Translations under genes and position numbers: made by a program
In this document: positions 33,693 to 44,400 of the stretch, in pieces
Layout of the letters: each line of letters opens with the position of its first letter
Numbering within the stretch: the first letter of the stretch is position 1
From: Haplodiscus bocki
Lineage: Eukaryota
Assembly: GCA_965655095.1 (NCBI GenBank)
Contig: OZ296656.1
Span: forward strand, 62,620,001 to 62,684,000
Reading direction: 5' to 3'
Length of the DNA stretch: 64,000 nucleotides
Notes under the pieces: generated by a model
The model's input: the letters and a program-made list of their open reading frames with translations, nothing else
Databases searched by the model: none
What the model was told of the DNA's origin: nothing

Positions 33693-36083
33693 TTAAGGTG
33701 GGGGTAATGGAGCATTTCCATTAGTGTTCGGAGCATTTCCGTTATTAGAAGTATTAGGAGCGTTTCCATCAATACTGTTATTCCAAAAAACGCTTGAAGT
33801 ACTGGGAGCATTTCCGTGAGTACTAACAATTGAATTTAGAGGGGCATTCCCCGATGAATGAAACACATTAGGATCATTTCCTTGTGACTCGGTTATGTTT
33901 GAACTAATCGGAATTGGATTGTTGACAATATGTACATGAGGGTACAAAGAAGTTGGATTTTCTTCGTACATTGGTGCAGCTAAGGTTTCATTACCTGTAA
34001 CGTTCTGCATACGAAGATTACCATTATTTTTGTTTTCATCAGTTTAGTACATTGGGGTCTGTAGTGAGAGAACAAACAAGTGAAAAGTGGCACCTAGCAT
34101 AGTTTTGACAAAACCGAAAGTGGCACCAGAAACTTTTCGAATTTCAAGTCCGCGGAGGACAATAACAACAACATCAATAAAAAACTTTACCAAAAGGAAA
34201 CAAGCAAAAAAGTTTCCCAAACATTGAATGTAATATCCCAAAAGACCAAAAGTTTCTTCAAACTTGTCGACGAAAAAGGAAGGCGTCAATAAATGATCCA
34301 TCAGAAGTCTGTCATCTAGACTCAAAAGGCGTTCTAAGTTTCCAGGATCGGAAATTCGAACTGTATTGCCTTGTGTCGAAATGGTTCTTGTAAGCTTCTT
34401 TAGGACAGTGTCGGAAACTGAAGCATGGATTATATTATCCCAGAAATTTTTCATTTGCTTGGGAGTATACATTCCAGCACGCCTAGTGTCGAAAGTAGGA
34501 AACTGAGTAATGTGTCCAAGTTCAGTTGGCTTGAACAACAAAGGTTTATTAAAAGGCATGGGATCAGGTAAAAGTTGATACCAGGAATTGTCATTCTCGA
34601 GATCAAGTTGAAACACATTAGTGTAATCACCCAAACAGGGTATCTCGGATGCGAAGTCATAAGTCTGGCGGGTGATAGGATCTAAAAATTTAGTAGTCCG
34701 TTCAAACAAGATCGGAATCCGATCATAGCATTTATCAAGCACTCTTAGAGGCGACAAAATTTTAGGACAATGATACAACCAAGCGACACTTCCATCGGTG
34801 TCCAAAAACATAGACCTGTTCCCAGTTAGCATATAACCGGCAAGCCTTGTATTTTGCATTGCTAACATTAGAATTGTTAACATTTGAGTACGCTCAAGTT
34901 CGCATTGATTTTGCAAGAGCGTCATTTCTGAATGTCTCAATTGCTTGGTGTTGAAGTACATTATGTAATCCAATTATGTTCCCAAGTGCAATTCATAATC
35001 AATTTCATCCGCGCCGACAGAACGCCCAGGTTGAGCACCAACCCATTTGCCGTTTACTTCGCTAAAACTTAAAGACGTATAAGAGACCTGGCTCGTGTTG
35101 TCAATCGAAATATGATATGCGTTAGATGAATATTCCTTTGTTCGTAGTTCTCCACCTGGCATTGCGACACCTCCTTGGTAATTCACAAACAGACTTTCAA
35201 AATTTGTCTTGTACAATCTTTCCGGTTTTCCACATAGCTCATAGCTTTCAGGGAAAACTTTAAATTTTATGTTCATTCGCTTTCCAGTGTCGTTGAATTC
35301 ACTAAGAAAGAAGAATTGATTTTCCTCTCGATCCGTTGTCAAAGGATAGTGCAGCATTTTTGCATCTTGTGTGAGAAATTTTGTCATCACACAATTTTCT
35401 GGAGTGTCCCAGGTATATGCAAAAGAATCGAGAGTAGTGGTCTCGCAACCACCCTCCATTAAAAGACATGGAAGTTTCTTCCGGTCCCTATTGGAAACCT
35501 CTTTGGTCCCATAATTATAAGTCAAGTTGACACGTTGCATTAACGTTTCAAAAGTGTAGTGTTTGATTTGGCCGCTAGTACATTCAATTGTTGAGCTAAC
35601 AGCTTGGCCATCATTGAAATTTGATTGTGTCTTTGTATCAAATTCAAAGGGAACATCAAAATTTTCATCAAACGCTGTGATTTTGATTTTTTTGGACTTC
35701 GATGCAAGTCTACACATTTCAGGTGTGACTATCATGTCATAAGTCATGCTATTTTGGTCATGCACGTATGACGTATGCGACAACATTCCACAATTGTATC
35801 GAAATACATGGACCTTGACAGAACACATTGTTGCTGACAGGTCGGTGCGATAATTTTTTTGGTAGAGTGTAATAGTAGCCGGAGCGATATACAAGTTTTC
35901 AGGTGAAATCTTGCATTCAGCTACTTTGTTCAGTGAGTACATTCGATTGTCCTACCTTTTGGTACAATCGTAATGAGAAACAATTAACTCTTGCGACACA
36001 TTGTCTGTGTAATCCACTTCAAGAGTTTTAGTTAAGGAATTAAAAAGAAAAATAATAAAGACTAATAGGTTATTACGCGTCAT
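33693..36083 (-). pseudogene. env: env-like class III fusogen-like glycoprotein (~797 codons, three in-frame stops)
   Basis: MTRNNLLVFIIFLFNSLT signal peptide at 36083, VSHYDC, YSLNKVAEC, NQCELERTQ...LAGYMLTGNRSMFLDTDGSVAWLYHCP, TM segment; all fragments are in one frame. Confidence 0.85.
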
Positions 36084-36106
36084 TGCTGTTTTAAGAAAAA
36101 TGAGAA

Positions 36107-36194
36107 GCACTAGATGTTGTAAATGCATAAAAACACCAGATGTTGTTATAGAAATACCAGATGTTGTATTATCTACAGAAACACCAGATGTTGT
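36107..36194 (-). repeat. Four internal copies of the element's own LTR-end/PBS junction (ACAACATCTGGTG)
   Basis: + strand GCACTAGATGTTGTAAA 36107, CACCAGATGTTGT 36134, ACCAGATGTTGTA 36156, CACCAGATGTTGT 36182 versus the true junction GCACCAGATGTTGTAAA at 43231. Confidence 0.9.
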
Positions 36195-39100
36195 GGTTAA
36201 TTAGATGGAGGTATAAAAGATACAAATGCGTTGAATAGCATAGGATTTGTTTGGAATGACTTGGCGAGTTTTTTTTGAGATTTTTGTGATTAAATAGAGA
36301 AAGAAGTAGTAGAAGGTGAGAGAAGTTTTGGAAGTATGGCTTCCCGTACCACTCGCGAGGAATATTTCGTAAAGTTCCTGTGTTTCGTGAGCGTGGAGCA
36401 GTGCCAGTACTAGTTGACTGAAAATTGTTAGGATTAATAGAAGTTCGAGGTAAAGGACTAGGTGTAGTCGGTTGACTGGTTATGACTGGTGATTCCGATT
36501 GAAATGAAAGAGGAGTGTGAGGAGATGAGTGTGGAATACCAGAGTCAGGTGAACTCGCTGAGAAATTCGGCGTCAAATGGCAACTGTTGTCTTTAACAGG
36601 CGACGTAATAGTCGTGTCCATTCGTGACGGTCTACATGTGTCAGGAAAGATCGGTAAATAGTCATTCAAATGTTGTCGTTAAACAATTGAATCGATTGGT
36701 TGATTTAAATGAGAGAGTCGGCATTTTGCATATTCATTATAGAAATGCTCGGTTTTGTCGTCGTTGAAAGGCTTCTCGTAATTGGATACTAAGTTCGGTA
36801 TTTCATTGTCACGAGGAAAATATTCAACAAGGTGATTGCGATGGACGACTTGAGTCCTCGTCGGATGTGCGTCGAGAGCAATCTCGTAATTAACCTTCGT
36901 AATTACTTTAGTCACTATGTACGGTCCACTTCGGAGTTCGCACAATTTTTGAGATTTTCCGAAAGCAACATTATGATTTTCCAAAAGAACTTTTTGTCCA
37001 ACTCGTAGTGGTTTGGCAAGTTTGTACTTGTTTCTGTAGGATAAAGATCGATAGTTGGCTTCTCGGACTTTCCGATATACTTTGCGATAAATATTTTTGA
37101 ATTGAGTTTCGCGGTTAAGTAAATCCATCGAGCTTTTCGAGAATAAAACATTGTCAATGCATGAATGACTTGTTTTTTTATTCACATGCGTATGATTGGG
37201 TAAAGATTGACAAAATTCAGACTGACATAAATCATTGTCGTCTCGAACTAGGCCCAATTTCAGAGAAATTGGTATTTGAGGTTTAAAACCAAAGACAATT
37301 TCATAAGGAGTTGTTCCAGTTCTGGAATTTACTGAAGTATTGTGTGCAAAGGCAAATTGACAAACCAACTAGGCCCAATTGTTTCCAGCTTCAGACAGGT
37401 AACAACGGAAATATCTACTCAAATGTTTATTCTGTATTTCATTTTTCCCATTGGTCCATGGCGACCATTTCGTTCTGGGAGCATGAGTTATGCCAAATTC
37501 CAGAAGGAAAGTAGAGAAATCGGTACTCACGAAGGAAGTCCCTCGATCATACACAAGCTTTTGAGGAATCCCAAAAGAAGTTATGAACGTAGACATGGCT
37601 TCGATAGTATGAGTAGTATCAGTTGATTTAACTGGATACACTTGAATGAAACGTGAAAAAGCGTCTGTCACAACCAAACAATGGTGTTTGCCATCACTCA
37701 TTGGATTCAGAGGTCCTTTGTGGTCAATGTGTACAGTGTGGAATGGGTAAGGTACTTCCTCTCCCCTTTTTCATTGGGAGCTGTGTTTTGATCCTTTCGG
37801 ATTTGTTTATTCTTTCGGCAGATTAGGCAACTCTTCGTTAGAGTTCGTACCCATTTATACATTCCAGGCCAATAGAAAAATCGTTTCAAAGACAAAAGAG
37901 TTTTTTCAGAACCCGGATGACCAGACAATCGATGGTCATGTGCAGCATTGAATGCTTCGATGAAACTACTTCGTGGTAGGCAAATTTGCTTAGGTGAATG
38001 TTTGCTTTTGCGGCAGACTAATTGTGTTTCTTTGTCGACAAACAGTTTTTCAAATTGATTTGCATAGCCAAGTAGGCCTTTGCATTGTCGTGATTCTACG
38101 TCTTTTGTGGGCAATTTGCCTCTTGATATCCATGAACGGACAATTTTTAAGACGGAATCATTCTCTTGATTCACCAGGATATTATCACAATCCAAAGTGT
38201 CAGTTGTCAATTTCAGTGTTTTGCTTGATTCATGCACGAAAAAAATGGATGGAGTACTATAAACATTTGTTTTCCGGAACTCTTCAATCTCTTGATTCAG
38301 AGCGAGGTCCTCGTCGGATGCCTCATCGTCACTGATTTCACTATCAGACTCAATTTCTGAGTAAAAGTTTTCATGAACTTTGGCTTCCACAACCATTGGT
38401 GGAGCTTGCCATTTTCGTCTATTGTTAATGTTTTTGCCTTCTCGGAAGGAATCAGAAACATTATACAGAGCTTTAGGTGACTTCGAGTTAAAAATTGTAC
38501 AAATCATTTCAGTGCCATCATTTTTAAGGTGAAGTGCTTTTGTTTCACCCAGATGTGTGCAAACAATTGGATAAAAATCATCATTTCCATCATCAGCAGG
38601 GCTGTTGTGGTCAATGAGATATTGAACTTCTTGTCCGCTTTGGTTGAAGAATCTAATATCTTTGGGAACTTCTTTATGAGCCAATTGGTGACCGTTCAGG
38701 TCCTTCAAGGAAACATTTCTACTCAACAAATCAGGAAAAGCTAAGTTTTTTCCAGGAGTCCAGATGATTTGGAGATTAGTGAACTGTAAAATGATCACTT
38801 GATAACGGAAGAATCGGTGAGACAATCTTCCTTTTCTTGTCCACAGGTACAACAGTGGCTTGTGATCACAAAAAATTTTGATCGGATGTGGTGAACCAAT
38901 GATGAAATGCTCATAAGTTTGTAGAGCGGATATGATTCCACAAAGTTCACGATGCAAAGTTGACATCTTTTGTTCATCTTTTGTGAACACTCGAGAATTG
39001 AACGAAACTATACGTTTTCCACTTGGAAACTCTTGTACCAAGATGGATCCAGTACCAATGCTGGATGAGTCAACATGAATGTGGAACGGGTATTTAGGAT

Positions 39101-41259
39101 TGGGTACAGCTAGAATAGTTTCTTCACTGAGTCTGTCTTTAATGTTCTGAAAAAGTTTTTCATGCTTTTTCGTCCATTTGAATGGGACATCATCTCTCAA
39201 GAGCTCATAGGAAGGTTTTGAATCCACATGCAAATTCTTTATGAATGTACTGTAGAAACCTAAACTTCCGAGTACGCGCATTACGTCTCTCTTGTTTTCA
39301 GGGCTCTTCAAATCTTTCAGGCCTTGGACCTTTTTGGCAACTGGTTGAATCCCTTTGTCGGAAACAATGTGTCCAAGGAATTGAACTTTTCTCAAAAACA
39401 GTTTGGTTTTGTTTGGGGCAGCTTTCAGTCCAGATGATCTCAAACATTTGAAATAAGATTCTAAATTTTCCCACATTTCCGCTTTGGTTTTTGCTTGGAG
39501 GATCACATCGTCAATATATGTGATGGCTTGTTTCTTAGCAATCATTTCAGCAAAATGGATCGTCATGATTCGACCCAAGAAATTAGGAAGACCGAATAGG
39601 CCATAAAATCCTCGTTCGAACATGTATTGTTTTCAAACCAACAACGAAACTGGTTAGTTTCTTGGTATCTTCTGAAAGAGGTACCTGATTATAGGCTGAA
39701 GCCAAATCACTTGTGATATAGTATACACCGTCAAGTCTAGTCAGTAACATTTGTACTGGCTCTAGAGGCCATGAATAGTTTGACAAATCGGTTATGGAGT
39801 TGAAATATCGAGCGTCAATCACCAATTTGACGGTATCTCCTTTGGGTAGAATGATGATAGGATTAGTAAATAACGAACCCATTTCAACATCACTTCCCAT
39901 TTCGCGAATGATTCCTGCTCGTTGCAGTTCATTGAGAAGGATTTCTAGTCGATCTCTGTAATGCAAAGGTACCTTGGAAGGTCGTTACTTCCGTAATTCA
40001 GCATCTTTTTTAAATTTCACATGGAATTCTTGAGTGATTCTTCCAACATCATAAGTAAATTTAGAGAAAACGTCATTGTTTTCAATTAAAACTCTCAAAA
40101 GATGTTGTATTTCACTGTCGGTAATATCAGATTCAGAAAAACCAAAGTTTTTCAGAAACGTTTGTTCAGTAGGACTGAAATCAGAAAAGAACTTTTCGTT
40201 AAGTTGTTTTCGTTTGATATCACACGCCAATTTAGGCGTTTGAGGTTGCAGGGATTTTACCTCATTGGAAAAATCTGTAGCTAATTCGTTTTGTGACACA
40301 GCCATTTCTGATAGTTTGTTTCGGGAGTCGATTTCAGTTAAAGAGTAAATGTATGGTTCAGTTGAACAAACATGCATGTCGTTGTTCAGTTCTGAATCGA
40401 ATGCCTTGACAAAGTCAATGAAGGCAACGTTGTCAATCACGCTCATTGTTTGAGTTGTTTCTTGAGTGAAGTCAAGGAGAGTATATCCAAGAATTCCCTT
40501 TCTAATAGTAATACTATTGGGATTTGGATTATTCAGCATTAAGGGGTACTTTGATTCATCATGTGAACAATAGACATGATAAGTATAAATTCCAGTGTCA
40601 AGAACATTTCTATGTAAACGAAAACTTGTTCCTTTTCGAAACAAATGCTTGTCTTCGTCTTTAGCTATAAGCGTCAATACTCGCGTTGAGTAAGGTGCAA
40701 TAGTCAAATCTTGTGACAGCTCCACAGAGTTCACTTGCGAAAAATACGGAAAAGGTTTATCTAAATAGGGTGATAGTTTAACACACTTGCCGGGGAAGAC
40801 CGTTAAAATTAGCATTGGGTTTCTCAGATTAATAAATTCACCAAATTTTGCTAAAAAGTCCATTGCAAGAATGTTCATTCGTGCCTCGGGTGAATCAGAA
40901 ACATAAACAGTATGTTCAATCACACAAGAATATTCTACGTCAAACGCAGATTGAATCACTATTTTCCCTTTCATGGGCATGGCATGTGCATTTGCAGCCA
41001 AAGGTGATTTTTCAAGAGGCATTACAACTAATGGTTGAATTTTTTCAATCTCTGTGAATGTATCACAGTTGATAATGGAGCACGTTGCGCCAGTATCAAT
41101 CAGAAACTGAGTGCTAAGGCCATTACTTTTATTTGTGTCTCCGACGGCGTATTGGAATAATTCAATAAAAAAATGTTGGCCGGGCATTCCAGCTATAGAT
41201 GTGTGAGGAATGTCATTTGGATCCTCACTTTCTTGGTTCGGAGACTTGATTATTTTAAA
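36169..41259 (-). pseudogene. pol: pol polyprotein: protease, dUTPase-like segment, RT, RNase H, spacer domain, integrase (three stops, two frameshifts); no macrodomain
   Basis: FLIDTGATCS, LVIDARY, YIDD, IHVDSS...CDHKPL, HDHRLSGHPG...CLIC, VYDRGTSF, NGKNEIQN, GPY motif. Confidence 0.96.
41235..41259 (-). promoter_or_regulatory. -1 frameshift site gag-pol
   Basis: T TTA AAA (41259-41253) directly before the gag TAA; pol is in the -1 frame; 7-nt spacer then GTCTCCGA as in element 1. Confidence 0.8.
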
Positions 41260-42347
41260 GGATTGCATGACTGCAGTGTGTCATAAAATGAGTTAACCTT
41301 GTCAGGTCTTGCCTCAAATCGAACAGTTCCAGAGTAACTGTTACTTCTGCTACGATTGCGGTTTGCAACGTATGGACTGTCGCTACGACCTCTTTGGGTG
41401 TTAGAGCGGTCATTGGAGTTCGGTCTGTAAGTATTTGGCGATTTTGATCGGTTGGGATAGTTTTGTGAGTATGTCTCTTTCGGTTGGGGAGGTGCTTTTT
41501 CCTCATTCAGTTTTTTTCTCTTGAGTGACCAACAGAATTTTACTGTATGGCCGGATTTTTTGCAGTATGTGCAAAACCGAGTGAAATGTTGTTTCATTTT
41601 AGGATTGTTTGGATCATAGGTTGCATTGATCTGATGATTCTTCACCATATTGCTGATCTCATTCAACGTTTTCTCAATACTTGTGAAACGTGAGTCAGTG
41701 GTTACAAAATTGGAACTTGTTTGTTAGAAACCAGACATTTCAGCGCTAATTACAAGACTTGTGTCTTTGTTTATTATTAACGTCTGTAACGCGTCTCATG
41801 TTTTGTTGGGGTCTTCAATTAGTACCTGGTGGGCTTTCTGTTTAAGTCCAGGGGGTGTTAAACCACGTATAAAATAATCTTTATACTTTCCAATTCGTTG
41901 GTTTTCACATGCTGTTCGCGCATTTGCGTCAGCGTCGGAAGGCGTTGGCCATCCTTTGTCAACTAATGTTTTTATTCTGTGTATATAACTTTTGATGTTT
42001 TCGTCGGGCTGTCTCTTCAAATTTTCAGCTTCGATTCGGAATCGGTACTGCATTTTCCCGTCAGTGAATCGAGCAATAAACTGAGTTTTTATTTCACCCC
42101 ATGTCAATGCAGCGTCGAGTGAATCGAACCACTCAGCAGCTGGACCGCGTAAGACGGAACCGAAAAGGGCTTTCCTTCGATCGTCATATACGGTTTGAAT
42201 GTTATTTTCATTTGTAGCAGGTCTACTGCCTAGCGAGAAACTGATTTTCTTCTCTAGCAAACGAACAAACGCTGTCGGGTCTTCACTTGAGTCAATCCCG
42301 ATAAATTTCTCTAATGCTAAATCTGGATATGCAACAGTGTTCGCCAT
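41250..42347 (-). pseudogene. gag: gag with CCHC zinc knuckle (two in-frame stops)
   Basis: MANTVAYPDLALEKF..., LRGPAAEWF...TWGEIKTQFIARF, CTYCKKSGHTVKFC. Confidence 0.92.
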
Positions 42348-42595
42348 TTTCTATTTAACAATTTTAGTTGCTCCAATTTTGTTCGATTTTGTGCTCTTTG
42401 CACTACAATTATCTATTCAAGTTGCTTTAACTTGAAAATGCTCCTTTGTTTATCGATTAATCACGTAATTATACTGTGATTTTGTTATTACGCTTTGTAA
42501 TAACAAATGAAATTTTGAATTTTGTGTGGAAGAGTGTCTTTTACTCTTTCACGTGCTTCGCTTTGAATAAGAATTTTATTCAACTCAAAATTTGT

Positions 42596-42740
42596 GTATT
42601 GGAGTTTCTTTGCTCCTTCACAAAATGAAATTTTTCTGTTGGAGTTTCTTTGCTCCTTCACAAAATGAAATTTTTCTGTTGGAGTTTCTTTGCTCCTTCA
42701 CAAAATGAAATTTTCTGTTGTAGTTTCTTTGCTCCTTCAA
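42596..42740 (-). repeat. ~39-bp tandem repeat (about 3.7 copies) in the 5' leader, each with a GGAG/CTCC hairpin
   Basis: (TGTTGGAGTTTCTTTGCTCCTTCACAAAATGAAATTTTTC)n on the + strand. Confidence 0.9.
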
Positions 42741-42908
42741 AATCAATTTTCAAAACAGTAAATTTGGACGGGTCTGTGTATTTAAGACCTAACACGGAAT
42801 AAATCCAAGGCAGCAGGCGAGGTGAATTTTGGGCTTTCCAAATTCTTGCTAAAACCTCACAGGGGTCGTGCAATTTAAGATTCCCTCTTGCTTCAGAACC
42901 GAAATTCG

Positions 42909-43098
42909 TCCACGGAACCCGCACACGCCAATACCGAAGCTAGCGTAGTGGATACAGGTTAGACTCGGGTACCAGGAGTATATTGTGCAAATTAAGGATC
43001 ACTCTTGCGTCAGAATAAATTTTTCCACGGAACCAGCACACGCTATTACCGCAGCTAGCGTTAGTGGATACAGGTTAGACTCGGGTACCAGGAGTATA
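42909..43098 (-). repeat. ~74-bp direct repeat x2 in the 5' leader, each with a hairpin exposing the palindrome GGTACC
   Basis: Copies 42909-42982 and 43024-43098; ACTC-CTGGTACCC-GAGT on the element strand at 42963-42979 and 43079-43095. Confidence 0.88.
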
Positions 43099-43220
43099 AA
43101 TTTGAAATATTTGCTTTAAATACTTCATTTTTGCAAGATAAAACCCACCCCGGGAAAAAAGATGAAAAATTGTATGCTCGGTGTTTTGGTCATACAAAAT
43201 GCGGAGTGATTTTTGTTCTT

Positions 43221-43236
43221 TGCTCTGGTCGCACCA
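43221..43236 (-). promoter_or_regulatory. Primer binding site of element 2
   Basis: TGGTGCGACCAGAGCA 2 nt after the 5' LTR end on the - strand. Confidence 0.82.
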
Positions 43237-43238
43237 GA

Positions 43239-43756
43239 TGTTGTAAACCGGGGGTTCTTAAATTATTGCTTTGCTCTCACTTGCGCATAAGTCTCAAAAA
43301 GTTGTTATAAAAAGAACATAAATTTTAGAAAGGTCTTTTACAAATATTGGAAAATTCTAAGTCATGAGCTTTTCTGACTTAGCTGTTTTTATAAATAAGT
43401 CTTAGTGAAAATTCAAGACTCTTTGTCAGTTGAATTTCAGGGGTGTTTTAGAGAGAGCAAAGGAAAGAGAGAAAAGAAGGACTATTGCCTTCTTAACGTC
43501 CGCATAGGATCGTTTGTTTCTGTTAGCGTATTTTTCTCTCTAGCTCAGGACAGTTGTTCTGTCACGCGGCTTTTCCTTATTGGCTGAGCGTTAAAAGAAT
43601 CGTCTTTTGCAATTTTATGCGAGCGCGTTGCTATTCGCTTAGACAATCTAAATGCTAGGATAATTCCTCTTCGGATATTATTTCTCTCTGAGTCAATTTC
43701 CCTGGATATTCTCCTTTAGAAAAATGAACTAAATTAAACGGTAGCGCATTGCTACA
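43239..43756 (-). repeat. Element 2 5' LTR (518 bp)
   Basis: Direct repeat of 31205-31722, flanked by TSD TTAC. Confidence 0.97.
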
Positions 43757-43760
43757 TTAC

Positions 43761-44400
43761 AAAGAATGATCACTGGCTGTCTAGCGTCGTTCACGCTGTT
43801 CAGAAAAAGAACAGAGACGAGATCCCGAAAAAAGCCGGTCGTTTTCATTCAGTTGTGGACAATTTTTGAACTCGAGTATACCAACGAGCACGTTGTGTTA
43901 CCCAAAAAATATTCAATTACTCATTTTGCTGCATGTGGGTCATATCAGAGCCAACGAAATTTTGGCGGAGGCGCGACGTGGAGAATTGTATTAAGGGAAA
44001 CGCGAAATTTTGCAAGCTCTGCAATGCTGCCAGTAAGAACTCAAGAACTCCAGAACCGCCTGCTAAAAAATAAATTAAGTCCTTTTGCCATACCGAATGA
44101 AGATGATCAGTTAGAATTTACAGAGCCCGATTTGGATAAACGTAGTAGTTGTATTTCAGAATCGTTAAATCAGTACAGTAAAAAAACAATTGTTAGAGTT
44201 TTTGATATGCGAAAAACGGAAAAAATACATTCATTCCGGAAAACGCTCCATCCGTTGATGGAAAAACCAAGACAATCCGGTCTGAACACTTTCAAAAATT
44301 TGGTGGAGCTTTCAGAAACTTTCGAAAAAATCAAAATAAGATACGCATTGCTACAAATTTAACCACGGCAAACAATATCATCCAACGGAATAAAGAAACG
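43761..44400 (+). pseudogene. Decayed integrase-like remnant of an older element interrupted by element 2
   Basis: 198-aa ORF 43766-44362 with HVVLPK tether-like motif; same strand as the RNase H-like remnant left of element 2; no intact catalytic motifs. Confidence 0.3.

Larger units (their letters stand above)
31205..43756 (-). mobile_element. Element 2: full-length (12.55 kb) env-bearing Ty3/Gypsy LTR retrotransposon related to element 1
   Basis: 518-bp LTR pair with TG...CA ends, TSD TTAC at 31201-31204 and 43757-43760, PBS, gag-pol-env-ORF4. Confidence 0.98.
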
